From: Octopus vulgaris
Taxonomy: Eukaryota
Length of the DNA stretch: 64,000 nt
Reading direction: 5' to 3'
NCBI GenBank assembly: GCA_951406725.2
Contig: OX597815.1
Span: 3,348,001 to 3,412,000 of the forward strand
Below the pieces are notes generated by a model, which was given only the letters and a program-made list of their open reading frames with translations, searched no databases and was not told the origin of the DNA. This document shows positions 1-13,139 of this stretch, one piece after another; the first letter of the stretch is position 1; each line of letters opens with the position of its first letter. The position numbers and the translations under genes are program-made.

Positions 1-147
1 TTATTATTATTATTATTATTATTATTATTGTTATTATTATTATTATTATTATCAATATTATCGTTATTATTATCATTATTATTATTATTATTATCATTAT
101 TATTATTAATATTATCATTATTATTATCATTATTATTATTATTATTA

Positions 148-221
<74 letters not shown>

Positions 222-452
222 TTCATCATCATTATTATTATTATTATTTTCAATATTCAAATTCTTCATTAAGCTGCCTATCTGACTACTTTTTCCGACA
301 TTCTTAGCATTCTACCACTCTTTTGTAATTCACCCACCACCACCACCACTACCACAACCGCCGCCACCACCACACTGCCCCAGGAAACAACAACAATATG
401 AACAAGAATAAATGAATGAGTGAATGATGATGATGATGATGATGAATGTAGC

Positions 453-580
<128 letters not shown>

Positions 581-1039
581 TTAATGATGATAGTGGTAGT
601 TGAAATAATAATAGAATTTTCTAATTAAATAGTTTCATAAAATAAGACAGAATATAACACGCATACATACGTATGTATATATGTATGTATGAATGTATGT
701 ATGTATGTATGTATTATATATTGTAAAATAACAAAAAAACCTTACGTTGTAACAATTTGGATTTTAAAGAACGCCATCGCATCAAAAGAAGACGAGGGCG
801 ATGAATTTGAAAAAAATAATTGGATAATAAAATTGTCAATTGAACACCATTTAGCCATATTGCTTTTGGCTTGGTGTCATCTCATTTGCATATCGCAGCT
901 AAATGGCAATGTTGCTGTTATTGCTGTTGTTGTTGTTGTTTTTAATAAACAATGGAACCAATAAGGACCACGACGAAACAACGGAGGAAACAAAACATAT
1001 TTATTTTTTCATTTACATCCACAGCTCAGCTGTTAGAAA

Positions 1040-1272
1040 TGGCGGCCAGTTGGCAGCGTGGTTAGCACGCCGGGCGAAATGCTTAGCGGTATTTCATCTG
1101 CCGTTACGTTCTGAGTTCAAATTCCGCCGTGGTCGATTTTGCCTTTCATCCTTTCGGGGTCGATAAATTAAGTACCAGTTACGCACTGGGGTCGATATAA
1201 TCGACGTAATCTATCTGTCTGTCCTCGTTTGTCCCCTCTGTGTTTAGCCCCTTGTGGGTAATAAAGAAATAG
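1040..1272 (+). mobile_element. tRNA-derived SINE, family B (GGCGGCGAGCTGGCAG... head)
   Basis: A-box-like TGGCAGCGTGG and B-box-like GAGTTCAAATTCC. Related copies at ~29745-29840(-), 31850-31970(-), 32075-32298(-), 51618-51760(+) and 61690-61775(+). Confidence 0.8.
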
Positions 1273-1377
1273 GCTTAGTCACGCAGCGCGGCACCGTGAG
1301 CGAGTGCCTTCTACAATAACCGCAAAGCTATCAATGCTTTTGGCAGTGAATTTGGTCGGCGGAGAACCTATAGCAAG

Positions 1378-1425
<48 letters not shown>

Positions 1426-1477
1426 CATGCATACATACGTACCCACATACATTCATACATACATACATCATGCATGA

Positions 1478-1810
1478 TGGTAATCATGGCTGTCCACTCG
1501 TGGCCAACTAAGATCATTACTGACCATTGCCCCTGCAAAATGCCAACAATCTCCGTGCATGATGTTATTTCACCAGCAATCGGCTTCCCCCGGTTTCGCG
1601 CCCGTGGCTTTGATGCTCGACCTCCAACGGGGCGACTGTACAACCTACCATTTTGGGTCGAATAAGGGGCTTGCACAAACCTCACAGACCCTCTCCACCC
1701 TACAGAAATGATTTGGGGACAAGACAGGGAAGGATATCCAGTGGCATTATGAGCTGAAGGCCCAGGATGGGGGAGAACTGAGATTTCAAACGCAAGCAAA
1801 ATATCCCCAA
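1478..1810. other. GC-richer island between microsatellites, possibly a LINE (RTE-like) 5' UTR fragment
   Basis: About 50% GC block with no credible protein, inserted between CA and TA repeats. Identity not established. Confidence 0.25.
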
Positions 1811-1843
1811 AATGTTCAATACGTACAGATATACACACACACA

Positions 1844-1907
<64 letters not shown>

Positions 1908-2012
1908 TACGTACAACCATATATACATAAACATATATATGTGTGTGTACTTGTGTGCATGTAAGGTATATACGTGTATATATATATATATATATATATT
2001 CTTTTTTCTTTT

Positions 2013-2148
2013 TCTTATTCTTTTGCTTGTTTCAGTCATTTGACTGCGGGCATGCTGGAGCATCACCTTTAGTCGAACTAATTGACCCCATAGTAATTAT
2101 TCTATCAGTCTCTTTTGCTGAACTGCTAAGTTACGGGGACACAGATAC

Positions 2149-2150
<2 letters not shown>
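2013..2150 (-). mobile_element. SINE family A, 3' part
   Basis: Contains the CAGTCATTTGACTGCGG..CATGCTGGAGCA tail shared with many copies in the window. Confidence 0.75.
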
Positions 2151-2216
<66 letters not shown>

Positions 2217-2320
2217 ACAAAGGGTAAAATTTCGGCGGTACTATCACTGAATACTATCTGTCTGATACCGTTAGGTAGAGAGATATGTTCAATTATTCCT
2301 GTATATTCGAATTTTGGGGT

Positions 2321-2403
2321 CCTATGCTGAAGAAGAAAACGGCTGGTAAAGTATAATTATTTATTCTTTATTCCAACCTAATTCCGAAACGCGCGTCCAT
2401 AGG
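2321..2403 (+). ncRNA. type-I hammerhead ribozyme motif in a Penelope-like repeat (~2215-2580)
   Basis: CCTATG-CTGAAGA-[stem II]-GAAAC-GCGC-GTC-CATAGG: perfect 6-bp stem I, canonical core, palindromic stem III (ACGCGCGT), GUC cleavage triplet. Confidence 0.75.
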
Positions 2404-2582
2404 TGACCAGATATTGATTGATTTTCGTTACTTTTCCTCCCTGTCTGTGTGATCGTTTTCAAGTATTTTGGTTTTTCTGGGAGCCCCTTTTTAAAGTAGA
2501 AGAAATAGCTAACGTTTTTTGGCTGCTATTTCCAAACTTCGGTATGTGGTAAATCAAATCTTTGCTGAACCCTATTTATTAA

Positions 2583-2649
<67 letters not shown>

Positions 2650-2690
2650 ATATATCTATCTGTCTATCTGTCTGTCTGTCTGTATGTATG

Positions 2691-2731
<41 letters not shown>

Positions 2732-2734
2732 GTG

Positions 2735-3222
2735 CATGTATGCAGATTTGTATGTTTTGCTTTATGTATGTATTCTCATGCATATATTTGCATATCTAGA
2801 CATGCTCATATATACTTAAATGATAAATTTTTGCAAAGTTGTATAGATTTTTACAGTTTCAGTGATGGATTGGATCTGTAGTCTTCGAATTAGCTTTCTC
2901 TTTTCTAGTTTTAAGAAGCCCAATTTCTCAAGATTGGTATTTAGGCAGTATGTTACATATCCTAGGGCCCCTATAATTACAGGTATAAACTTGAACTTGT
3001 AATCTTGATAGAGTAACTGCAGATTTCTCAATAGTTCAGCGTAGGTGTTCTCTTTTTCACTGATCTGCAGCTTTATTTTAACATCCGCTGAACAGCCAAT
3101 TTCCACAACTGTACACAGTTTCTCTTCCCTACCACAAATCATTATATCAGGTCTGTTGTTCACATTTTATTGAGTTCTTCACTGTGACATTGTACCAGTA
3201 CTCCTTTTTATTATGAATGGCT
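2735..3222 (-). mobile_element. 5'-truncated RLE-type (R4/NeSL-like) non-LTR retrotransposon 3' end
   Basis: ORF 3163-2816 reads NNRPDIMICGREEKLCTVVEIGC...KENTY...FIPVIIGALG, a PD-(D/E)xK restriction-like endonuclease domain. Flanked on both sides by (TATG)n. Confidence 0.85.
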
Positions 3223-3339
3223 ATGTATGTAAGTATGTATGTATGTATGTATGTATGTATGTATGTATGTATGCATGCATGTATGTGCATGTATGAATGT
3301 ATTAATTTTCCTCAAAATGTTCTGTAATTTTATGCCGTT

Positions 3340-3480
3340 ATGTTATGATCTGGCTACATACTCAAGAAAGGGTTTTGATTGTTGAACTGACGGTTCCATT
3401 AGAAGGCAATATAGGGTTGATACATCAAAGGATGGTCCTTGAATTCGAAGGGCTTAAGAATCATGTGGAAAGGGGAGAAG
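3340..3480 (+). mobile_element. RLE-domain fragment of a second non-LTR family (HERO/NeSL-like)
   Basis: IWLHTQERVLIVELTVPLEGNI resembles the 'LW...VELTVPWEEN' RLE motif. Confidence 0.55.
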
Positions 3481-3597
3481 CAATGAACGGTGCATTGAAT
3501 AAAGGTCGGAAACTGTGGGGTTATCGTTGAATCCAGTATGGCTTATTTGGTACTCATTTCACACACAGCGTTTCCTACTCTTCGTAATTTTACTCGG

Positions 3598-4070
3598 GAA
3601 AGCGTGTGGCCTATTGGTTTGGGTGCTGCATCCACGATCGAAAGATGAAGGTTTCAGATCGTGGTTTCGTCGAAAGATCAAGGTTCCGCTCGTAAGATTG
3701 AGGTTTCGCTCAAAAGATCGAGGTTTCGCTCAAAAGATTGCGGTTTCGCTCGAAAGATCGAGGTTTCATTCAAATGATCGTGTTTTCGTTCGAAAGATCG
3801 AGGTTTCGCTGAAAAGATCGAGTTTTCGTTCGAAAGATCGAGGTTTCGCTGAAAAGATCGAGTTTTCGCTCGAAAGATCGTGATTTCGAAGCCAGGACCG
3901 GTGTTGCGTTCTGTTCTTCATTTCACGTCGCTCCAGTCCTTTCAGTTGTAAATGGGTAACACTGGAGTGGTTTGGAGTTCCGTCCAGGGGGAATCCTATG
4001 ATCTCGGGCATTTATGCGCTATAGAAACCGGGTAACCGGCTCTGTGAGTCCTAGGACTCGAAACACTAAT
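3598..4070 (+). mobile_element. tRNA-derived SINE family C copy with an internal 20-bp minisatellite
   Basis: Head GCGTGTGGCCTATTGGTT is homologous to the reverse complement of 30040-30100 and 9960-10037. Confidence 0.65.
3636..3887 (+). repeat. 20-bp minisatellite, ~12.5 copies (consensus GCTCGAAAGATCGAGGTTTC)
   Basis: Directly visible tandem units with no spacers. Confidence 0.92.
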
Positions 4071-4751
4071 ATCAAGGGGATTGACATTTCAGTACCACCA
4101 CTCATTGTATCCTTCTCTCTGTTTCTCTGTATCTCTTCCTCTCTCTATCCTCTCCCCCTGTCTTGCACTGTATTTGCCCCTACTATTACATATGTAGGCG
4201 TAGAAATACACACATTTATACAGAATCCCGTCCACACACGGACGCACAGGCGCACACGCAGAGTTATTTAACACACTCTCACGCATGCGCTCACATTCAC
4301 CTACTCTTTCCGGTTACTTTTCACCTTCCGTTCTGTCCCTCATTTTTCCCTTATCTGTCTCTTTCACCCCATCTCTCTCTCTCTCTCTCTGTCTTTCTTT
4401 CTTTTCTGCTCTCTTTATCTCACTCTCCCCCACTCCCTCTCCTCCCTCTCTCTCTCCCTCTTTTCTCCTTTCCACATTTACATAGAAACATATATTACAT
4501 CTACAGAATCAAATACCTTTATGCAAGATCACGCACGTACACACACACACGCACACATGCACACACACACCACACACATACACACACGCATACATGCACA
4601 CACACACCACACACATACACACAAACGCATACACATACACTCGCCCTTGTGAGCGCACACGCACACACGTCCTCTGCTTCTGGTTTTCTTCCAACGTTAG
4701 TTCTCTGTCATTGATCGTCCTCTCTTGTTGCTGCTGCTTCTGCTGCTGCTG

Positions 4752-4820
<69 letters not shown>

Positions 4821-5569
4821 ATATACATAGGAACACACACTTATGCATTCTGCTCCCGCCACTTTCTACATGTTGTTCTCTCTGTTTTGCTCTCCTCCTC
4901 CTCTTCTTCCTGTCTCTCCCTCTCTCCCTTCCACCTCTGTCTCTTCTCTCTCTCTCTCTCCCTTTCCACCTCTGTCTATTTCTCTCTCTCCCTTCTTACA
5001 TCTCTCTCTTTCTCCCCCTCTTTCTCTCTCTTCGTACCCCTCTCTCTCTCTCTCTCTCTGTTTCCTCTTCTACTCTCAGCCAATATTCCATTCCCTTAAT
5101 TGACCACAACTTCATTATTTTGACATTTGTTATGGATCGTACGAATAGTAAAACAAGGTCACCGACCCCCTAATGTCTTTATAATGCATTCAATTACCAT
5201 ACTTCACACTGAACAACGGCAAGTAAAACACCTTACATGCAAACACAAAAACAAAGAAACAACAGCCCAAAAGTAAAATTCACCACCACCACCACCACCA
5301 CCACCACCACCACCACCACCACCACCACCACCACCACCACCTCTACCACCACCACCACCACCACCACCACAATTACAATAGCAACAACAGCAACAATAAC
5401 CCAAACATAACTTTAAAATGAAAGCAGTCGACAGCTTGTTCTGCCTTTCTTTGTTACCAAAACCACCTCGATTCCACAAAACCAATATTTCTATTCTATT
5501 TAACGCCCCAAAATATATTCGTGAAAAGAGACACACTTTATGTACTCTCTCTCCCTCTCTCTTTCTTTC

Positions 5570-5604
<35 letters not shown>

Positions 5605-5973
5605 CTTGCTCTTCCCCTCATATCTCCCACTCGGTCTAACTCTCACTTCATTCCCCTCTCACACATCCACTTCTTTCTCTCTTTCTCCCTCTCCTCCTCC
5701 CTGTTATCAGTCGGTCTAACTTCTTATTTATTTGGTCCTATCAGCTTCACAAATGCAAACACCACGTGTACGCCTGTGTGTGTGTGTACATGTACGTGTG
5801 TGTGTGTACGTGTACGTGTGTGTGTGTACGTGTACGTGTGTGTGTGTGTGTGTGTGTGTACGTGTACGTGTGTGTGTGTGTACGTGTACGTGTATGTGTG
5901 TGTGTGTACAGTCGAGCACAAAATAGATATCGCTTAAATAAAAAATAAAACTTACTCAATTAAATACTCGTGT

Positions 5974-6063
<90 letters not shown>

Positions 6064-6250
6064 ATATACATATACATACAAAAATGTATGTATATGGATG
6101 CATATATGTATATATATATATATATATGTATGTGTGTATTTAATGTACATGTCTACACCCAACCGAGTTTAATTGAGTAAGCTATATTTTGTAAAATTAT
6201 ATGTAAAAACATGTAAATACATACGTCCCACATACACACACGCACTCACT

Positions 6251-6287
<37 letters not shown>

Positions 6288-6626
6288 GCACAAAGCGCAC
6301 GTGCGTTGATTTAATATCTTTTTAATAAATAATTATATGCTTGTGAGTTATGCCACGACACAACTTTTTATTTTCATAAGATAGACTTGTTTGTTTGTGA
6401 GTTGCTGCCGTTTTTCCATTTTGTTGCATTGTCCATGTTATTGTTGTTGTTTTTGTCACCGGAAAGGGCCGCCCGTTGCAAACGAGGAGCCGATAACAAC
6501 GAGACCAATTTCTGTGTAAGGTCTCTCTCTCTCAGCTTCAGGTTCTACTCACCACCTCGTCGCGCTCCACCCCCGTCTCACCTCAACGAAACACCACCAC
6601 CACCACCACCATTCATGTCCGATCGT

Positions 6627-6657
<31 letters not shown>

Positions 6658-7039
6658 ATATTCCAATCATATAATTTAGTTTGTTGTGCGGAAAAAAACA
6701 CACAACAATAAAAGTAAGATAAAATAAAGACAATGAACGTTCCCGTTATAGACAAAGATCTTCCGCCAAACCATCATCGCGGAAGGGGATTAATGTTTAC
6801 CGATCAAACGTTCGGCATCTGATCTATAACAAACACCTGGTATCAAAGTGTACACTGAGCCTCATTGTAATTGTACTACCCACCCCTATCATCCCCCCAC
6901 ACGTACACACACATACGCACACATATCCACATACATACATATACACACATACACACATACACATATACACACCTACGCTCTTTGTTACGTGCGGATGCAT
7001 TCGTTTCAAACACGACGCTCTTCAGACTTATAAAAACAG

Positions 7040-7460
7040 ACAAATAACATCGATCGAACTAACGAGAAACCTTCCACAACGTCGTCGCTGGATCTGCTAG
7101 AAATAACAATGAAATCTCATTCAAATCTGTTGTCTTCTGTAAAGGCAGAGCACATTAAACAAAATCGCCCTTCCAATACCTAAACAGACGGGATGGCCAT
7201 GGGTGAATGTCTATTATGGCTGACCTGTTGTTATGGATCGGTAACAGAGGAATTTACCTCAAATAACACTTTATTGTTTTAATAAGAACGGATACATTGG
7301 GTAATGTAGCCCAAGATACACTATTCCGGATAGAAACATAGGTTAACATAGTGCTTGATACACTATGTTTGAAAAGAAGAATAAGACATGAATGACACAG
7401 CTAGAACGCCTTTTGTTATAGATGTGCTTTAATCAAAACCTACCCAGGGCTAAATATCAA
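7040..7460 (+). repeat. diverged dispersed repeat (CTGCTAGAAATAACA/GCAGCC..ATCTC motif)
   Basis: Similar motifs at ~25620, ~25828, ~58075, ~58278 and inverted at ~17995-18030. Confidence 0.5.
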
Positions 7461-8059
7461 TAAATTCAGCGTAATTTATTAATTTCTTGAGCAGAAAAAA
7501 ATACCGAGGATTTATTTGGAAAACGAGGGTCTGTGATATTCATCCCTTTCCCACATGAATTAATTCCGTATTTAATGCAACAAGTGTGCAACTAGAAATT
7601 GAACCCGGATTCAGAGTATGATCCTAAAATGCTTGGAACTTAAACCGGAAGCTGTGGTGATGACAACATGTAATAATAATAACAAATCTGATTGGTTAAA
7701 ATGGTTTATTTTAAGGACTAAGCCAGGAGAGGAGGGACAGCGCCCATAACACTTTTTCAGGACTTCTAAGAAATAGAGAAGAAAGTTATATCGAGATTCG
7801 AGAAATTAAACATCGACAGAGAGAATTTCTATAAGACAGATCACGTGATGATCAGGTGACACCTGACGATGCATTAAGTCTACCTCTCAAGAACAACAGC
7901 GTTCTCGGTGATGGGTTTCCACACAGTTTCCACATACCAACTTTCATTCACAATGCTTTCGTTGACCTGAACAATTGCCCGAGGTATTTTGGAGTGATAT
8001 CGAGTAAAAAACAAAAAACAAGGTAATCGTGATAAAGAGAAACAAAACCCTTACACACA

Positions 8060-8128
<69 letters not shown>

Positions 8129-8192
8129 ACACACACATACACACACACACACACACATACACACATACACACCCACACCCACACACAGGCAG

Positions 8193-8415
8193 ATGATGAT
8201 GATGATGATGATGATGATGATAATGGTGGTTAAGATAGAAGAAGAAGAAGAAGAAGAAGAAGAAGAAGAAGAAGAAGAAGAAGCGGAAGAAGAAGAAGAA
8301 GAAGAAGAAGAAGAAGAAGAAGAAGAAGAAGAAGAAGAAGAAGAAGAAGAAGAAGAAGAAGAAGAAAAAGAACAACAACAACAACAACAACAACAAAGAC
8401 AACAACAGCAGCAAC
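8193..8415. repeat. compound (GAT)n/(GAA)n/(CAA)n microsatellite next to the donor of a sim exon
   Basis: Direct sequence. Confidence 0.9.
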
Positions 8416-8436
8416 ACGAAAACCAATTTGACTTAC

Positions 8437-8522
8437 TTTGTATCCACCAGAGGTCAAGCCTGCGTTTCGCTTGGCTAAAACACATTTCATTCTTAGAAAA
8501 AACGAACGATCAATTTCAATAT
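8437..8522 (-). CDS. sim: single-minded internal coding exon (end of PAS-A)
   Basis: ttttccag|AT ATT GAA...TAC AAA|gtaagt. With the G from the previous exon it gives [29 protein letters not shown] (86 nt, phase 1/0). [19 protein letters not shown] is diagnostic of Sim. Confidence 0.96.
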
Positions 8523-8685
8523 CTGGAAAAAAAATGAAATAAAATATATTCAATGATATATAAGTGTAAAATAATTAAGATAGCATTAATTAAATAATTA
8601 ATTAAGTTATAATTATAGTTCATTTGCCATGTTCACAGAAGATGAGGCTTCATCAACAGTCTTGCCTGTATAGAAATCGGCGATC

Positions 8686-9081
8686 TGTGGCTCTGTGTGG
8701 TAAGTAGCTTGCTTACTAACCACATGGTTCCGGGTTCAGTCCCACTGCGTGGTACCTTGGCCAAGTGTCTTCTACTATAGCCTCGGGCCGACCAAAGCCT
8801 TGTGAGTGGATTTGGTAGACGGAAACTGAAAGAAGCCCGTCGTATATATGTATATTTATGTATGTGTGTGTATATGTTTGTGTGTCTGTGTTTGTCCCCA
8901 CAACATCACTTGATAACCGATGCTAGCGTGTTTACGTCCCCGTAACTTAGCGGTTCGGCAAAAGAGACCGATAGAATAAGCACTAGGCTTACAAAGAATA
9001 AGTCTTGGGGTTGATTTACTCGACTAAAAAAAAGTGGTGATCCAGCATGGTCGCAGTCAAATGACTGAAACAAGTAAAAGA
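8686..9081 (+). mobile_element. full-length tRNA-derived SINE family A
   Basis: TGTGTGGTAAGTAGCTTG...GGTTCAGTCCC head, internal TA/TG tract, tail ...ATGACTGAAACAAGTAAAAGAG. The most abundant repeat in the window. Confidence 0.88.
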
Positions 9082-9102
9082 GTATATATATATATATATA
9101 TA

Positions 9103-9135
<33 letters not shown>

Positions 9136-9138
9136 ATG

Positions 9139-9257
9139 GCTTACGGCCATATCACTTTGAATTCCCCGGTCCTCGACCGATCACCGAAGTTAAGCAACGT
9201 CGAGTCTTGTCAATACTTAGATGGGGGACCGCTTGAGAAACCTAGGTGCCGTAAGCA
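9139..9257 (+). pseudogene. 5S rRNA pseudogene (full length, diverged)
   Basis: GCTTACGGCCATA...CCGATCACCGAAGTTAAGCAACGTCG...TACTTAGATGGGGGACCGC...GGTGCCGTAAGC, ~119 nt. Terminal helix GCTTACGGC/GCCGTAAGC is intact, but there are many substitutions and no oligo-T terminator. Confidence 0.88.
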
Positions 9258-9659
9258 TCTAACTTACAGGTGCAGGTTCCGGGTTCAGTCCCACTGCATA
9301 GTATCTTAGGCAAGTGTTTCTGGAGATCCCTAGATCTTAAGTCTATTCTTCAAGAGATTACGTGGTTATAAACAACAACTACAACATGAGTCAATATTAC
9401 AAAGATACATTAAACAAAATTTCAATATCAAATAATCTGCTTTATTTGTAGTCATGTGCCCTTTGTGTTACTGTATGATTACCATTTCTATAATCAATCG
9501 CTTTGTTTTCATGACTTTGATAAAAAGATATTTAGATTCTCGGCTGATGAAGCAAGAATAAAACTGAAACATGTCATCGCACTCACATCGTCAATGCTGC
9601 AATAACGTTTGCTATTATTAAGTTAAATTGTCTTCTCCTCACTGTATATTATCGTTTGG

Positions 9660-10037
9660 GGCCATGTATTACGACGACGAGGGTTCCGGTTGATCCGAAT
9701 CAACGGAACAGCCTGCTCGTGAAATTAACGTGTAAGTGGCTGAGTACTCCATAGACACGTGTACCCTTGACGTAGTTCTCGGGGATATTCAGCGTGACAC
9801 AGAAAGTGACAAGGCCGGCCCTTTGAAATACAGGTACAACAGAAACAGGAAGTAAGAGTGAGAGAAAGTTGTGGTGAAAGAGTACAGCAGGGATCACCAC
9901 CGACCCCTGCCGGAGCCACGTGGAGCTTTTAGGTGTTTTCGCTCAATAAACACTCACAACGCCCGGTCTGGGAATCGAAACCGCGATCCTATGACCGCGA
10001 GTCCGCTGCCCTAACCACTGGGCCATTGCGCCTCCAC
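9660..10037 (-). mobile_element. tRNA-derived SINE family C, full copy
   Basis: Minus strand begins GGAGGCGCAATGGCCCAGTGGTTAGGG...GGTTTCGATTCCC (A and B boxes). Related copies at 29860-30100(-) and ~39060-39350(-). Confidence 0.82.
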
Positions 10038-10155
10038 TGCAGCCATGTATTGAATATCCTAACACCCCTTTACTTGTCTGATGTACCCGAGGCATCCACT
10101 ACAAGGGAAAATAGCATATCAACAATCAAAATTGTATTAAAACTGTTTGGCTCAC

Positions 10156-10264
10156 CTTGCAGTATATGGGTGTGATAAGCGTGTGGAAGGGTGAGTAACG
10201 CCGTCATTTCATCGTGATCAGCTGGGTGGATATACTCGTAAATGCTGTTACCGGTTAATTCCAC
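10156..10264 (-). CDS. sim: single-minded internal coding exon (PAS-A)
   Basis: cgacag|GTG GAA TTA...CAA G|gtgag gives [36 protein letters not shown] (109 nt, phase 0/1). [13 protein letters not shown] is Sim-type; Trh/NPAS have EMTGSS. Confidence 0.96.
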
Positions 10265-10289
10265 CTGTCGAAAATAAAGTTTATTATTA

Positions 10290-10355
<66 letters not shown>

Positions 10356-10435
10356 CTGTCACAAGGCCAACAAATGAAGGAAACAGTATTAATACATATT
10401 ACAAAACATTAATATGGCAGGCTTTAAACAAAACC

Positions 10436-10487
<52 letters not shown>

Positions 10488-10593
10488 TGTGTTTTTATTG
10501 GCTAAACTGGCAAAATGACCATTCCGAAATATAACAATATTTGTTTCAACACACGACTTCACATAAAAAATCTTGCACAACAAATATTTAAAC

Positions 10594-10710
<117 letters not shown>

Positions 10711-11096
10711 ATGTATGTATGTATGTATGTATGTATGTATGAATGTATAACAAGAGTTACGTAAAGCTTACAGATGCACCTGCTCTAAGAAGCCGTACAA
10801 CAGCCCAGAGTTGAGCGATGGTGAAACAACCTCAAAGCCGTTTTAATGAAGATGATTACGTAACTCCTGTTCTTATGTCATTTATTAATTAATATTACGC
10901 TCTGTACTCGCCTGGCATTTTAATTCGTAAATATTTTCATGCTCAGAATTGCTGAAGCAGGGAATAAACTCCCTGCATCAGTTGTAAACTGTTAGGCCAT
11001 TATAGCCTTCAGAACTTCCACGCTTCCTGATGACTTTTTGTATTAGTTGTAATAATGCACATGAGCACTGTATACAATAATTTTCTCATATTTCAG

Positions 11097-11132
<36 letters not shown>

Positions 11133-11135
11133 ATA

Positions 11136-11352
11136 TAGGAGAGGAGCTTTCTCCGCCCGGGTTGCGGATCCGTGGAACAAGCTGCCAGACGAGATGGTGA
11201 AGATGCCGACGACCGCTTTGTTCAAAGTCTCCCTTGACCTCAAGTGGCCTGAACTCTTTACATGAATACCACCCTGTACATAACTCCATGTCCCCCTACA
11301 TGGCCTTGCTTTTTGCTTTTGAGCCAAAAAATTAATTAACTAACTAACTAAT
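11136..11352 (+). mobile_element. CR1/L2-group LINE 3' end
   Basis: RRGAFSARVADPWNKLPDEMVKMPTTALFKVSLD..* fits the CR1-type ORF2 C-terminal motif; ends in an (ACTA)n tail. Confidence 0.8.
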
Positions 11353-11637
11353 TATATATGTAATCCCCCACCCACCAAAAATAAAAACGAAGAAAAACAC
11401 AAGAAAAAACAAGGCGAGAACGCTTTTAAGCTAGCTCCTGCAGATGACACACCAGGTATTGAGTACATATTAAATTTTATTAAACTTGAACAATATTTTT
11501 CAAGCAATGAACAATTTTCATCAAAACAATGATATAATTTGTCGACTTGGAACTTCCTGCAAAGTTGCATGGAAATCCACATTTTTTGTCTTCCCGTTCA
11601 AGGCTCAGTACAATGTTTTTCTGTGAGACCTTTCTTA

Positions 11638-11708
<71 letters not shown>

Positions 11709-11768
11709 GATTGTTTTCAACCATCACCATCACCAGTGCAACCACCATCACTACTACAACTGCCTTTG

Positions 11769-12110
11769 AGCCACTTCTTCACTACAGTTTTCAGTTCCTC
11801 GTCGTCACTGGAATAATGTTTGTCTCTCAAAACCCTCTTTCATGAGGCCGAAGATTATTCCAGTGATGAGGAACTGAAAACTGTAGTGAAGAAGTGGTCC
11901 AAAGAACAGTCAACAGAATTTTACGGGGCAGGGATACATGCTTTCATTCGAAGGTGGAACATTGCTATTCAGAGAAACGATGTCTATGTTGAGAAATAGG
12001 GATGTGATCCACAGAGGACCAGCTTCGTTTTGATGTATGATACATGTTCCCGTGTTAGTAATTATACCTGTCCTAAACAAAATGGCATTACTTTTTGACT
12101 CACCCTCGTA
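11769..12110 (+). mobile_element. mariner 3' fragment with TIR, preceded by an inverted copy of ~50 bp of its own CDS
   Basis: YSSDEELKTVVKKWSKEQSTEFYGAGIHAFIRRWNIAIQRNDVYVEK*, then TIR ...TTTTTGACTCACCCTCG|TA. Confidence 0.8.
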
Positions 12111-12251
12111 TATGTATATGTACACACACATATAATGAAAATAAGCAACAAGGATATCCAAGGTAGTATAGTACAATTGTTTCATGCTACTTCATTTAAT
12201 TAAACACTGTAAGTATTACTTCAGTTTTAAAACTGATGTAATACTTACATT

Positions 12252-12445
12252 GTTTTATGGGGCAGGGATGCATGCTCTCATTCGAAGGTGGAACATTACT
12301 TTTGAGAGAAACAGTAACTATGTTGAGGAGTAGGGATGTGATCCACAGAGGACCAGCTTCATTTTGATGTATGATACATGTTCCTGTGTTGGTAATTACA
12401 CCTGTCCTAAACAAAATGGCATTACTTTTTGACTCAGCCTCGTAT
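12252..12445 (+). mobile_element. second 3' fragment of the same mariner family
   Basis: Direct, diverged repeat of ~11918-12110 ending ...GACTCAGCCTCG|TA. Confidence 0.8.
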
Positions 12446-12647
12446 AACATAGAAAATACAACATTAAAATATAGTGCACCAGTTCTTAGCTACAAAACCA
12501 AGAAAACTCCGACACCTTTCCTTCAGATTAAACGCTCTAGAATTCGAAGAAGGTGAGGGCAGTCGGAGTATTTAGAACATTAATAGATCGCCAACGGAAA
12601 GGGGGAAAGAGGGAAATCAATTATGTAGTAGTAGTAGTAGTATTAGC

Positions 12648-12684
<37 letters not shown>

Positions 12685-12969
12685 TTTCTAAGCTTAGTGT
12701 ACATAAGACGAACAAACGAGTGAATGTGGTGCTTTATGAAGATGTAAAGAAACTTATTAAAAACAAACAAAAGCAAAAAAAAAACAAACAAAAAAAAACA
12801 CGTTGTTTGCACAAAGAAAGCAGACGACGGGATAGAGGCATGAGGAATAGTGGGAGTGGAAAGGAGGAGGGAGGAGGAAGAGGTGAGAGAAAGAACGAGA
12901 GGATGTGTATGTGTTACACACATGTGTGAGTGTATGCATATATATGTAAATATATATATATATGGGGAG

Positions 12970-13000
<31 letters not shown>

Positions 13001-13006
13001 GCATAA

Positions 13007-13051
<45 letters not shown>

Positions 13052-13139
13052 CATAAACATATATATGTATATATATATATATATATATACATGTATATAT
13101 ATACATATATATATATATGTATATGTATATGTAAATGTG

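Noticed and set aside
3636-3887. CRISPR-like regular repeats
   Set aside because: No unique spacers, eukaryotic context and no cas genes; it is a minisatellite inside a SINE.
6387-6674. 95-aa ORF with poly-Pro/poly-Arg
   Set aside because: Driven by low-complexity sequence, antisense within the sim locus, with no recognisable domain.
9541-9580. CTGATGA...GAAAC-AT-GTC hammerhead-like string
   Set aside because: The core and palindrome are present, but stems I and II barely pair; at best a decayed remnant.
9960-10037. tRNA genes
   Set aside because: The A/B-box heads belong to SINEs and continue into SINE bodies without a closed acceptor stem.
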